This document shows positions 25,785 through 39,100 of a DNA stretch of 64,000 nucleotides, piece after piece. Source of the stretch: Psilocybe cubensis. Lineage: Eukaryota. The position numbers were made by a program, and so were the translations under genes. Each line of letters starts with the position of its first letter. The stretch's first letter is position 1. The notes beneath the pieces were generated by a model, which made no database searches, was not told where the DNA came from, and worked only from the letters and a program-made list of their open reading frames with translations. The stretch lies in the NCBI GenBank assembly GCA_017499595.2, contig CM038999.1, forward strand, positions 1,488,001 to 1,552,000, read 5' to 3'.

Positions 25785-25940
25785 GTTGTCGTTGGTGATG
25801 GTTAGAGCTTAAAGATCGATGTTCGCAAAGTGCGTCTGTTGCTCAACTTACGTATCGTCATGAATTCGGGTTCGGCTGGCTCGGCTCAATGACTAATGTT
25901 CTCACGCATTCGTTGCTGACTAATGATCACGTCTTTCAAG

Positions 25941-26004
25941 TTCAAGTCGCGAGGCTGCGACTTGAAGACGCCATGGTCGTCGTAATACTCTCTCATATAT
26001 AAAA
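25941..26004. promoter_or_regulatory. Perfect 10-bp dyad and TATA box upstream of CWC24 (TATA faces the + strand)
   Basis: TTCAAGTCGC (25941-50), 6-nt spacer, GCGACTTGAA (25957-66). TATATAAAA near 25996-26004 followed by a CT-rich tract. Confidence 0.4.
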
Positions 26005-27667
26005 CCCAAAGTCTCCCTTGAATCCCTCCCCACCTCATATATCTCCCTGACACGTCTACGTAATATGCCCTATCGCCAGCCGTAATTGCCCTCTCAACGA
26101 CCTCGCGGGCGAGTCTAGCTCTTCAAACAAGTCCGAGTCGCGTCGGTCGATTAGCGTCACCAAATGGGTCCTTTGATTTTCCTTCAATGTTCTGTTTTCC
26201 CGATACACCCTCTGGAATCTCTACATATAGGCTTCGCGTCTTTTCGCTAATATGACGTCTCGGCATTTTCTCGTCCATGCTAGCCACCTTTGGTCGATGT
26301 TTGGTTCGTTCTTTTATCTCTCTCTGGAATGTGAAAATAGTCCAGCTCACTATGGCCTTTCTGGTTATCTTCTATATTACATTTACACGGACAACCTGCA
26401 AAAAACTTTAATTAGCCTACAGAGACTTCCTGACAAGCGACGCGTCTGATATCATCCAGAGGCACAGGTCCTGCGTCATGTGAATAGCTCACTCAATACT
26501 TTGCGCAGTTCAGTGTGTAAGGGATTACAACTGAGCAGTGCGCTATGCGATGTGTAATCAGACCGTCTGTCATGCTGACTGGAAGGCAGCGACCTATTTA
26601 TACGAGTCATTGCCATCAAGACAGCTAGAAGGCGGTTACACGACAGCATTCTCTTCGATGGCTCCCCAACGCTTCCGCGACTATCGCTTGGGAACATTCG
26701 CGGGTATAATCGTTATCAACCTTTCTGGGTGGTAATTTAACATTTCTTTGTCAGGGATTGCGCTCAGTTATTCGCTCTAGTCTTTTACTCTGCCTGACTC
26801 CTGTCTACACATCGGCAGTTTGGTTTGATATTGCAGTAATCAACGATCGCCGTTCTATCATGGGTGATTATCGGACATGGCCAATTTATCTCTTGAGGAA
26901 GCCTTCTGACTAAACTCTGGCCGCGGGCACGCTCTTCACGTGGGCTTTTGTGCCAGGCTGCAGAGACATCAGTCTTTCCATGTGCGTCTATGACCATGAG
27001 GCAATCTGCACGCAGATGTCGTCATATTGTTGGTACGACCGTTCTCACTGGATGTTAGAAGCTCGCGATGTCGATAAGCTGTAGGTATCGCATTTCTCAG
27101 ACAGCCTTCTATTCTATGCACTGCATGCACACATTGGACACGACAAACGTTTCACCAACTCTTCCGGCTTTTGTATTTTCATCGACGGACACTTGCACTC
27201 CAAGGTCGCCCTGTCCATTGGCCGCCACAAATACAAAAGTAGGTGTCGTGCCTCACTGGAAGCGATCCCCATAACCGGAGCGAAGTGGGCATCGGTCATG
27301 TGGTTTTTCAGGGCTGCTTACTGAGGCGCCCCACTGAGGTTGCTGAGTGGACACTGTCTCTCATTTAGTTTTGATTTTGAAGATGTATAAATGGATGTGG
27401 TTACGAGACGCAGAGTATACTGTCTACGTGTAGATACGGAGGTTCTGAATATGTCTTCGGGGAGAGGGCAGGACAAATAAAGCAGTGAAAGGAAAAGCGG
27501 CTTTGTAATGGAAAGTGTATTTGAATTAGATGCGAAAATGGTCGGACCGATAGCAAAGGTCCCGGCTTAACCGACAACACAAGAGCCTGCTTTGGGTTTC
27601 CATTTTTCTTGCGCTACTACCACCACTATCGTCAGTTCCACATCTGAGTGGGGTCACCGTCCACCCA

Positions 27668-28576
27668 ATGCCTTCTGCAAATCTTCAAGGCCTCAACATC
27701 GTGCACCCTCCTCACGAGCCCTCCGACGCTCACGATCTCCTCTTGGGCCAGGCTTACCCAGATCTCACCGCTCAACTCGACCTCTGGACCAACCTTGCTT
27801 TCGACTCGGAGGAACCCATTGCTACCAGACACGACGACCACAAGAAGGCTCATCTAGATGACGATGAAGAGGAATCCCGTGCCGCAGAAAAAACTGCCCA
27901 TAACCTGCCCGCACCTCATATCCAGCAGGGAATTCCTGCCCCTCATGCCAATCTCTTCGACCTGAACACTTTCCTTGCCGGCTTTGGTATTGATTCTTAT
28001 ACTGCCCACCCCTCCCAACTTCAACAACAACCCAATGCGATCGCACCGTCTCTGGCTCAACTATTGGCTCTTCACCCATCCAACCCTGCTTATCCTCAAA
28101 CCGTACCTCAGTTTTCTGTTCCGGCCGCACCTTCTGCGTACACCCGCCCTACCATTCCGGAGGCGGAGTCTTATCCTCCTTCGAAACGTTCCCGAGCTCG
28201 CAAGATGTCCATTAACAGCGCTGAATCCCCCGATTTTAGGGAGGACAGTCTACCACCCACTACCACCGCTCTCTCTCCTGCCGAAGATAAGCGTCGCAGG
28301 AATACTGCGGCCAGCGCTCGATTCAGGCTCAAAAAGAAGGAAAGGGAAGCAGCTCTCGAAGGAAAGGCAAAGGAACTGGAAACCAAAGTCGCCGAGTTGG
28401 AGAGGGAGTGTGAAGGGTTGCGCAGGGAGAACGGCTGGCTAAAGGGTTTGGTTGTCGGTGTCACAGGCGCTGCTCAAGGCCCTAATTCTACTCAAAACCT
28501 CAACGTTTCCCCTCCTCCTTCTTCGACCACGGTATCGGCTGGAACCAAACGACGCCGAGACGAAACCACTGCATAA
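27668..28576 (+). CDS. metR: bZIP transcription factor of the sulfur-regulator family (MetR / CYS-3 / Zip1)
   Basis: Basic region AEDKRRRNTAASARFRLKKKERE plus leucine zipper. N-terminal LDLWTNLAFD resembles the conserved MetR/CYS-3 N-terminal box. Single exon. Confidence 0.8.
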   Translation: MPSANLQGLNIVHPPHEPSDAHDLLLGQAYPDLTAQLDLWTNLAFDSEEPIATRHDDHKKAHLDDDEEESRAAEKTAHNLPAPHIQQGIPAPHANLFDLNTFLAGFGIDSYTAHPSQLQQQPNAIAPSLAQLLALHPSNPAYPQTVPQFSVPAAPSAYTRPTIPEAESYPPSKRSRARKMSINSAESPDFREDSLPPTTTALSPAEDKRRRNTAASARFRLKKKEREAALEGKAKELETKVAELERECEGLRRENGWLKGLVVGVTGAAQGPNSTQNLNVSPPPSSTTVSAGTKRRRDETTA

Positions 28577-31446
28577 CAACGCTGTTTGTCCTCATATTGA
28601 ATGAAGAAATTTTTATCATTCTATCCCTATACATTCTTATAAATTTCTACACGTAAATCGTCGTAAAGTATTTGGGTTGTTGATCTTTTTTATCTTTCTT
28701 TCCTCCTTCCTTGTTGTATCCGTATCATCAGCGACACCGCGCAGAGACCATTGTAAGATTGTATATCGCTACCTACTCTACCCCGGATACTTTGTTATCA
28801 TTGCACTGCCCATTACGGCAATATCACCTCCTATGCCTGCCGTAAAGGGTTCAACCTTGGCCCTTTTTTCACAAATCGCTTTACCCAATGAATTGGAGGT
28901 TTGCTTCAGTACCTGTATAGTTCCTGTGGATGCATATTCGCCATCAAATGTATCTCCCGCTTAATCCCCGGACTGGATATATGATGGTAAACATAGTTTT
29001 GAGAAAGCTGGTCACCAGGGGTCTCATTTCTCCAAACTGAACATAGCTTGCTTCAGCAATCCCAACGACCTTGCCTTGAATTGCCTAGCCCGCAAAGCTG
29101 TCCCTCGCTCCGCTAATCCGAGTTGCGATGCCTGCAATTCGGAATTGCTTAATCATAGGGGTCCATCTCCTTCATTTTTGGAATCGCAATTTCAAATGCC
29201 CTTGACTCCTTCGGCCCTCTCGCTGTTCGTTTTAGTGGCTAGCTCAACCGATCGGCTTTACTTGGGAATAGGGTTGAAGGGTTAGTAGGGTTAGCGTCGC
29301 CAAACATTATCAGAAACATATGTCAGCTTTCGAACAGATTATCATGCAGAAATCAGATCAAATTCGAGTGCGGCGGGCTGGGGGAACCTTGCAATAGCCG
29401 ACAGTCGACCGGACCCCCGAATCACGAGCGCCAATTGTTAGGATGGCACAGCCACAATCATCCACTCGATCAGACTGGGCACACAACTTGACTAGTAAAG
29501 GCTCAAAAGTCGTGAGCAGTTCTGAGCTCTTTCAAAATCTCTCTTAGAACGCAAACCCTCAGAGAGGCCTCGTATCTGATAGGAATGATGAGTCACGTAT
29601 GACTCTGTACCTTAAGAAGGTTCAAAAGCTACTTGTTGAGTCAAAAGCTTGTTTTCAATTCAATCTCGAAGAAGCACCATTTCTTCCTCTCCATGAGGAA
29701 TTGATGACAACTGCTACCGTCATACGTAAGAAATGTTGTCCTCATATGCCACACCGGGCTACGAGAATCTCTGCAAACAGTCATAAGCAATTAATGATCA
29801 CACGTTGGTAGCTGGCCAAGGCTTTCAAACCTCGATGTTATTGATGTATTATAAATCCCATTTATGCAAAGGGGCATTGATTACGGTTCTCAAATTAAAA
29901 CCAGAACAAAAAATGAGTAAATATGTGCTGGTTGGCATCTGAATATCTGTCCGATGGTCCGAAGTCAATATAGTCACCAAATTCTTCATACCAAGGAATT
30001 CTAACGACCAAAAATATCAGTATCAGATAGAAGCAGAGATTCACTTGGACAGTGGCAGGACCCTTAAGGACATTTCTACCGCACATAGATCTTCGACTCG
30101 CTACGAATTACCAATCCGCAAACAAGGTTACATAGTAGTAAAGTAAACCAGGTTTTTGTTGTCTTTGAAGTGTTCATCTTTGTAGTGTGGTATATCATTT
30201 ACGTAAATAGTACATAGATCAAATACACAAAGCGTACGAGCGATCTTCAGGACTCCGTACCACGCTATCCTAAATATGCCATCATCAGTGGTGTTTTGGC
30301 TAAATTCTAGATATGCTAGCCACTATTCATACGATGAGCCATTTACGTCAAATGATGAGACACAATTTCTCATGTCAATGACATCTGTATAGGCTTATTT
30401 CATTTTCTCTCAGTGGATCCAATGAAAATACGCTTTCTGTAGAACGAAAGAAATTGGTATATAAGGACAATTGAATCATCGCACAATTACTTGCAATCAA
30501 TATTACCCTTTTTTGGATCTTGCATCGGCAGGTACTTTTGATACCAGAACGTCGCTGAGATTATAGAGGAAAAGGATTCAAGCTATCTGCTCGTTTTGGC
30601 AGATCCGAATTACTCAAAATTGACGACATTATTAGTATAATTGGTCCCCTTGGGTCAGACCCAGCCTCCAGGCGTCGTCAAGCGCCACTCCTCGCCACCG
30701 CTTGACTGATGAGCTCTCTGTGGAGTCCTATATGACTCTTTAGAGGCATTACCCTGTTCTATCGTGGGCATATACTAAGTTATGTGGTGCCATCATCCGT
30801 ATAGAACCAAGAATCAATATCTCTTGTCAACAAGCTTAATCAGAGGCTCAGTCAGATAAAGAAGGTACGAGTCTTGACGCACAAATTTTATATAATCAAA
30901 TTTCTTTGAAGAAAGTTATTGGATTGGCGAATTGCACGAGGTCAAGTTACAATTATACAAAGTCAAAGATCATCAATGATAAAGTTAAATCTATTCCAGA
31001 GCTCGTCCTTGCCATCTCATACCACTACTAGTACTGGTAACTTCACAAAGTCAAGACTCGAAAGTTCAACTTGAAGATAATTTCCAGGTCTAAGGTATGT
31101 TTTCCATATGGATGCTTTTAAGAAAAACCGTATAGTAAAGTACGGGCTGAGAATGTTTAAAATCGATTTTAACCATTAGAATTGCTCTAGTCACTGGGTA
31201 GTGAGCGTCGTCGAGTCCTAAGGTGTCTGCAGTGGACAAAAATAGCTCGCATGACAAATGAGATACGCGGAGTAATAATGACACGTGCTACTCGATCATA
31301 TGATTCCAAGGAGTGATCGGAGGTTCGTTGTACGGTCATTCTACGGGCAATGGTTGAAACAACTTGTCCAGCAAGTAAATCGATCCTTACAGACAGCGTT
31401 GACGCCTACGCTGTGTATACCCATCTGCGTCGCCTCGCTGCTGCTT

Positions 31447-32929
31447 ATGTCGTACGACAAATCTGACGATCTTGCCTATAACCCATTTGCACATGAGGAC
31501 GACCACCGCCCCCCATCAGCTTCAAGCTCAATTCAAGGATATTACAGTTCAGCTTTCTTTCCAAAAGTTTCACCATCTAAGCCAACGCTTCGTCGTCGGA
31601 AGTCTTTGGCAGACAAATCTTTCAAGCTTGAGCAGCACCCTAGGAACCATGCTCGAATTCCGACAGAAATACAGATAACGCCGCCATACAGTGCTGGTTT
31701 ACATCCTTTGAAATCAGCGTTGGCAGCAACTAATAATGGTTCAATTTTACATGATTTGGACGTCACGAGACCATATCTATCTCGCATTGTTAATGAAGGA
31801 AACCTGGTAGACGCACCTTTACTGGTGGACGGCACGGTCGCAGACAAAATCCCTCCATCTCAGGTTTCGGATCTGGAGAAAGATGTTATTGTTCATCAAG
31901 TATGCTTTTATTATTTCCTTTGAAATGGAATTCAATTCATGTATATCTTAGGTTTCCTCAAAAGATTCTTTGGCAGGTGTCTCTTTAAAATATGGGATTT
32001 CTCTTCCGAATTTGAGAAGAGCAAATCAACTGTGGACGTCGGATTCTATACATCTGCGGGACGTACTGTATATCCCTATCGACCAGGCCTCACGGGCACG
32101 CGAATACGTACCTGAGCCTAAACTTATATCCCTGACCCCAGATACGCAAGATTCACCCAACGACCCTTTTGACGACGCCTCTACTGCCAGCTCACCATTC
32201 AAAACTGAACCAACCAATTCACTACCGTCTAGTTCTCCTGTATCTGTCCGAAGAATACCCGCCAAGCAACTGACATATTTCCCCCCTTCGAGTAGCAAGG
32301 CAACGCGGTTGAAAGAGAACGAGGACAGAGACGCTACAAGTGTATACCTTCATTCTCCTGGAAACTCTAAGACGTCGCCCGGACCTAACAGATATAGCCC
32401 AACTCCAGCTAATAATTCACTGGCGTCTATTCTCACAGCACTTCCCATCGCCGCCTCCACTAGAGACGAGATCATCACCCGACTGTCATTTGATAGCGCC
32501 AGTTCCAGTTTTAGTGATCGCTCACGATTCGAATCAGATGAAGAAATTGGCCACGAACTTGGGAACGTTTCTAGACAAAACTCAACACAAAGCTATCACG
32601 CCAATACAACAGACAACTTGGACGAACTGGACGAGGTAGCAATGCCTACACCTAAAGCTTCCCAACAACCCCACCGTATTTTACCTGCTAGAAGTCAAAC
32701 CATGTCAACCACATCGTCATCGCTTCCAAAGGCATCATACATCCATCCAACATCTTCGACAGCAATCCCTCCAAGATTTTATATTTCCCACATTCATGAA
32801 GCATCTATTCGCACCTCCCAGCTAGAGCCGTCCCCTGCTATGGAGCTCCCAAATTTCCGAAGCAATACAGTGGGCAGATCTGTGGGAAGAGTGTATCAAA
32901 ATCACAGTGAGGATGAACCTGTTTCTTAG
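31447..32929 (+). CDS. Intracellular LysM-domain protein
   Basis: LysM motif VIVHQ/VSSKDSLAGVSLKYGISLPNLRRANQLWTSDSIHLRDVLYIP across intron 31900-31951. No signal peptide; the rest is Ser/Pro-rich. Confidence 0.85.
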
Positions 32930-34283
32930 CCTACCATGAATGGAGTGAACCATGGCTTCACAAAGGGGAAGGAATGAAGTTTCGAACTTGTAACGACAAT
33001 TTGTTCGCACAAGTAATCATCGATTCGTATCATAACTGGTTTGCCCCGATATCTGGGTACATTCAATTCCACACGTTTCACCTTCACGGACAGCACCAAC
33101 CCCTGTCCTTACTGTTGGCGATATATGGAACATGATACCCTCGAAGATTTGCTGCTGGGAAAGATGTCTATCTACATGGAAATAGGTGTTTCGTAATCAT
33201 TGCATCGTTAGCCCAAGGGAACATCGCAATACGAAAAGAGGCATTCATCACTCTGTTGGTTGAACTTTCGACAGATGACGACAACCGATCCCTTCTATCT
33301 TACACTCTGAAAAGATATTCAATTTGGTTTTAAAACAACTCGAAATCTGGTTGGTGTATATATACATCCAACTATAATGGAGCCTGACAGGTATGATGAC
33401 AATGGGCGTCCTCGCCGGTATCGGACCATGCAATAGCAAAGGATAATATGTTTAGAAGGAACAAAAACCCCAGTGCCGTCCCCTGGCCTACCAATCTCAG
33501 CAATACCACAACCCACGAGTGCCTTTCTTATCATTCATCGGCCCCCGCTCCTCGTTATCCTAGACGCATCTATTTTTCAAGTTATTTGACAAGGGCTCTC
33601 CTCCGAAAATGATACTGTATACGCGGCGATACCAATAATGAGCACACTCATAACTATTTCGGCGCCCATCTCGGTCATGTTAATAGGTTACATAATTTGA
33701 TCCTAATTTTGGGCTGTTTTGCGTTCAGAGATGCTGCAGAGCAGCAGATCTTAGTACTGGCTGGATATTCACAAATGTCCTCCGCCACATTAGACCTCGG
33801 GAGTTGTCAATAACTAATCTTAAGCAAACACAGGTTATTGCTGTCGCGCAGGATCGGACACAACATACCTTAAGGTCGACCGCATCTGCCAACAGTTGCG
33901 ATTGACGGACATTTAGGCAGGGCTTCTGATACGTTGTGTTTGTTGTGGTGCATCTCTAGAAGTTGGTTTTCTGTGAGGGATCAAAATCAGATCGGGTCTC
34001 CCTTCTGTAGACTTGCTTATCTATCACACGATTTCTGATTATTTCGTGCAGCGGACTCATCATTTACCAGGCCCCGGCAAGACGTCACAAGAGGAATTTG
34101 TGGACGTATTCCTCTGCATTTGAGCTTAACTCATCAAGACCAGTCCAACTGAAAAAGTGGCGCCCAATTTTCATTCATTCTGAAATTTCCAATCCAATCT
34201 AACGTGTGAATATCATCATCATTGATATACATTTGGATATCTCTTTCGTTCGGTATTATGTATCTTGTGTTGGGAAATGATGT

Positions 34284-35122
34284 TCAAAATCCTTTTCCAT
34301 AGTTGCCTTTCTCGTAGAAAGCTTCCACTCTTGCAACGATATTGCTCAAGGCAGCCAACCACTTGTCTAACTCTTCGTTGAGTTTTTCTTGTGTTGCAGG
34401 CGCTCCACCATCTGGGTCAGCAGCAAGTTTAGCATAGAAATCGGCACGATATGGGCATGCCTTCATTGCCACCTAGATGAAAGACTCTTGTATAAGTTTT
34501 CCAAATTTGAGAGTGAGGGGTTCTACTGACACTAAAAATTCCTTTGACAACGAAATTGTGGAACTTTTTCAAGGTATTTTCGTAGGATTTAGTAAACGCA
34601 GCAGCAAGCTCCTCAGACTTGTTACTTTGAGCATTCTGAAGTGCTTTGCAGGTGAAAGACAATCCTCGAAGAAGCCAGAGTAGACCTTCTGTTGCGGTTC
34701 GCTTCTTTTCCCCCTTTTCATTCTCCACAAGCGATTCTAAGGTTCCAGAAAGAGTAGGCGTGGCCTGATAACGGGCGCGTACTTTCTGTAGACGGGTATA
34801 TGATTAGAGATTACGCTTGCTATCAAAACTACCATCTCACAGCAATGTTCCCCTTAAGATCGGATTGAACTACGGAGAAGGCGGTCGATCCAAGGAGATC
34901 TGCGAACAAGTTTTTTTTTTAAGTTGAGCCGACTTCAAAAAGAATACGTGTACAGACCGAAAAGGCCTACCAGACCGTCGGCAGCTTCGAGAAACGTCAC
35001 CGTATCAACGCCAGCATCGGTGATAGGGACATCTGCGAAAGACTAAGGCCTTTTGTAAGAAACGTACATGTTGACAGCTGACATTGATATCTTACCTTTA
35101 CGGTTTCAAGATATGGAGCCAT
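34284..35122 (-). CDS. het-c2: Glycolipid transfer protein (GLTP / HET-C2 family)
   Basis: FLEAADGLVGLF/DLLGSTAFSVVQSDLKGNI, ATEGLLWLLRGLSF, YENTLKKFHNFVVKGIF and AMKACPYRADFY. Confidence 0.92.
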
Positions 35123-35345
35123 TGCCTAGGAAGAACACTGTTGTAGTTTGGTGTAAGATTAGGTTGGGAAATGGGAAGGGAGATTTGGATTTGTTACATC
35201 GCGTTGGCAAGGCGCGACTTCCTGATCACCGGATAGAGGGTATGAATGGGAATCATAGATTAATCTTATCTTATCTTTCCTCTAATGACTCCATCTCGCA
35301 ACAGAAAAATGTTCTTCTCATCGACAATCACCAACATAGTAGACG

Positions 35346-36118
35346 ATGCCACACGCAGATTCATCCCTTGTTCCAGACAGGTCAGAATAGCGCAATATGG
35401 CAGTTATATTGAAAATGTCGGTTGACGATCACCTCTTAGTATCACAACTAAAGCTCAATTCTGGGAACACATCTACATTCAATTGGAAGGGCTACTGGAC
35501 GGTCAGAGGCATTGGGTATGCTGTTAATTATTCATCCATTAAATGGCGAATAAAATATCCTTTACAGGTTTCTAATACGGCCAATGCATCTTCCCTTATT
35601 TACAATTCCTTGCTCGCGTTTCCGAGATTTTTTGGAAAAGCAGATGATAAAGCGGTCAACTGGTGTGGTATGTCATTACTGTCCTAATATCCTTTTACTT
35701 GTTCTGATGGTTAAGCAAAGGTTTCTATATCGACTCGAACCTGTTCCCATCCCCTCGTTTCCCCAAACCAGTGTTCATGAACGACGCCAATAAACTGCTC
35801 CTAGGCCCGTTTTGCGGCAAACCTGCATGCCAATTCATTCAAACTGCCCCGGGAAAGGCTAAGGGAGTCTGTGCAGACGCGTATCTCAAACGAGAAACTC
35901 TGGTGGTGCCTGAGGTTGACCTTTATCCCGGGCACATAGCGTGCGACGGTGAAACCAAAAGCGAAATTGTCGTTCCTCTGATACATACAGCTGAAGGTAT
36001 AACTACCGTTCTAGGGGTGCTAGACCTTGATTGTCTTGCTGTCAATGGATTCGACGATGACGACAAATTTGGGTTGGAAAGAATAGCAAATTTGATTGTA
36101 AAATCGTGCAACTGGTAG
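35346..36118 (+). CDS. msrC: Free methionine-R-sulfoxide reductase (GAF domain, fRMsr / YKL069W family)
   Basis: MPHADSS start, VSNTANASSLIY, VNWC/GFY, LGPFCGKPACQ, GVC, YPGHIACDGETKSEIVVP and GVLDLDC. Confidence 0.93.
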
Positions 36119-36150
36119 TGGAATGTTATGTTAATCGTTATCAGAAAGCA

Positions 36151-39100
36151 CTAGTTAGCGTTGGTTTTCTGCCACGCAAGGAAATCCTCGTGTAATTTTG
36201 CTTGGTTTGTATATTCTTTTTGGACCTTCTTCGCCTGGTTTTTCGTCAATTCTTTGCCTTCACCGTCGGTGAGAGGGAGCCCTTCATCATTCCACGACGA
36301 ATATAATCCCTCTTGGACATTCGGGGGCTTAAACATCTCATGAGGAGGCACACGCCCCTTCTCAATTTTCTGGAGTCGTTTTTGGCGTTCTGCCTCGACA
36401 GAAGCTGCCTTCTTAGCCGCTTTTGCTTCCATCAATGCACGTTTTTCCTCTCTCGCCTTCATCAACTCTGCTGGATGAACCAATTTGACCAAAGCTTTGC
36501 CATCTAAATTATGGAAAACAATAGAAGTTAATAATAAACAACAATTGCTATGTTAGCGATATCACCTTCTTGGTCATCCAATGCGACGCCCACACTAACA
36601 AGATCGTTATCACGTAGTTTGTCGCACAGTGCAAGAATATCCTTCAGGGCATTGTCACCTTTAGCCATCGCCAGCTTTCGAACATTATCGCGGAATGATG
36701 ACAAGATCCTCAACGACGGCATCAGAATCTCTTCCCTCTGTAGAATGGAAAAACAATTATGCTGCGGTTATCTTTCGGAACTTCGGTTATGGGACATACG
36801 TTGGCATTTCCTCCAGCTTCGTCTAATTGGCCCCAACCAATTTCGGACTTCTCACCCTCCCCAAGGCCGAACATTTTCAACATCTTGCCAACCCAATTAG
36901 CGATATTTTCTACCAGTTTGACGTTGAGCGCTTTGCCACGATTATTGATGTATACGTTTGTTTTCGATACTAAATCACGGAGGACGTCTACTGCTCCCGG
37001 TGTATTGAAAGAATCACAAAGGTGTTCCCTGAAAGTCATTTGACTCTGATACAAACTACAATTGAACTATGAGTTGTGTTAAAAATAAGCGAGAACAATA
37101 TCATACGTTGATAATAACTCTTGCTCTGGTAGTTCGAAGTGATGTCGACCGTCAGATGCCACTTCTTCTGCGTTTGCTTGATATACGAGTGCCTTGACTG
37201 TGGTAAAAAAATTCTACAAGGTAGTGAGCAATTATACTACTACAACAACAACAACAACATATATCACTGACGTTGAGGGTAATCTCGAGGTTACGAACCT
37301 CCCCTGTCATCAATGCTTCGGAAAAGTCGACCTTTGAATTCCAGAGCTGAGTCAAAAAGGCAAGCCGTAATTGGCGAGCAGTAAACTTTTCCAAGATTTC
37401 CTAAGCAAATGTAATAAGTGAGAACCGTAATGATACCCTTTTTTTTAAAAAAAAAAACACGAACATCTATGGTAATGAAATTTTTCAATGATTTACTCAT
37501 TTTTAATCCTTCAATATGTAAATGGCCTGTGTGAAGGAAGTAATTAACCCAGGCTTTGCAGTCGTGGTAGGCCTGAAAAAGAATATACATGAATAAAATT
37601 TAATTGTTGCTGCAACAAGGAACCAGTACTTCGGATTGAGCCATCTCGTTATCGTGATGAGGGAAGGCAAGATCGATGCCCCCCGAATGAATGTCCATAT
37701 TGTCTCCAAAGATGGCGCTAGCCATAACGGAACACTCGATATGCCAACCTGGACGGCCAGGACCCCAAGGTGATGGCCATGATGGTTCTCCTGGTTTCGA
37801 TGCTTTCCACAGTGCAAAGTCAGCGGCCGATCGTCTGCCAGTTTTGCTAGCTAGTGACCCTGATGACTGAAGGTAAGAAATTGCGTTGATATGAAGAGAT
37901 AGATAGTACCTTCTCCCTCTTCAAGAAGATCCCGATTTCCGGTACTCCAGGGCTCTAATTTGGCATAGTTATGGTTTTCGGATTTGTCAAATGCGGGAGT
38001 ATTGAAGTATACACTTCCTTCCGACTCATATGCATAACCGTTCGATATGATGCGTTCAACAAAAGAGACAATTTCTGGCACATATTCAGTAACTCGTGTC
38101 ACTATATCAGGATCTCTGACTCTTAGGCGAGCCATGTCATCAAAGAATTTGCCTTCCCAAAAGGAGGCGAGCTTTCTGGATATAGCGGGATCTGTAACTG
38201 TAGACTTGAACTGAAGCAGTAAAGCAGTATTAGACGATTATACATAACGAGGAGTATGAACCAAACCTCAGCATCAAGACTCAGCACCAGTACATCCTTT
38301 GATGAGTCGATAAGTTGGTGAGCATGATTGCAGCTGACACTGCCATTTTCTAAATGAGATTTCGCAATATCGATGGCTTCCAAGGTGCGGCGCTACAAGA
38401 CGAAATTTGAGGGAAATCGGGTGTAATCGATGTCACGACTCACTGCTGCAGAATAATACATATCGAACTTTTCGTCCCTTTTCAGGCACTCTTGTTTCCA
38501 TGCTGAGTTTTGATAAGAAGCACATATTGTACGCCACGACTCCTCTTCCCGCCCTTCGATAATCTTCTCGTTTTCAGGTACACCTTTGTTGACGCGATTG
38601 CGAAGATAACTTGTCCAAGAGTTGCGGATTTTATCGAGGAGGGAGGGTGTCAAAGTACTCGTCTGAGATCTGAAAGTTTCCAAGATATGATTTTGACGAG
38701 CTCGTTCAATGATCTAGATGAGATAAAAAATGAAAATTACACTGTCAAGAGTGCCAACGGAAATTTCTACCTTGTCATCAATGTCCGTAACATTCATTAC
38801 AAATTGGACATCATAACCAAAGTAATCCGTCATAATGCGTCTGAGTATATCTTGAGTAACATAGTTCCTATGTAACAATAATTAGAACCAGAATTAAAGA
38901 CTATCTTTTTCCTGCACCTTGCATGTCCCATGTGCGAAGCGTCGTACACGGTGGGGCCACAATTGTACCACTTGACAAGTCGGCCATTTCGAGGAACGAA
39001 TTCAGTCTGCCGAAGATTTCAGGTGAAGGATGGCGACATCATAACGATGATATAACCTTAGTTCTTGTTAGAGAATTATACAGTCGTAATACTGGCTCTT

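Noticed and set aside
26497-26600. ACTTTGCGCAG resembling the U4 snRNA 5' end, and GGAAGGCAGC resembling SRP helix 8
   Set aside because: The downstream U4 elements and the SRP CAGG symmetric loop are absent.
29286-29294. CTAACCCTA on the minus strand as a telomerase RNA template
   Set aside because: It is one of three degenerate copies and I recognised no pseudoknot or CR4/5. Factor-binding sites are a simpler explanation.
31285-31446. GTG-initiated N-terminal extension of the LysM gene
   Set aside because: The ORF caller used a bacterial-style start. ATG 31447 is the plausible eukaryotic start.
33000-34200. Short ORFs between the LysM and GLTP genes
   Set aside because: No recognisable motif or consistent exon chain.
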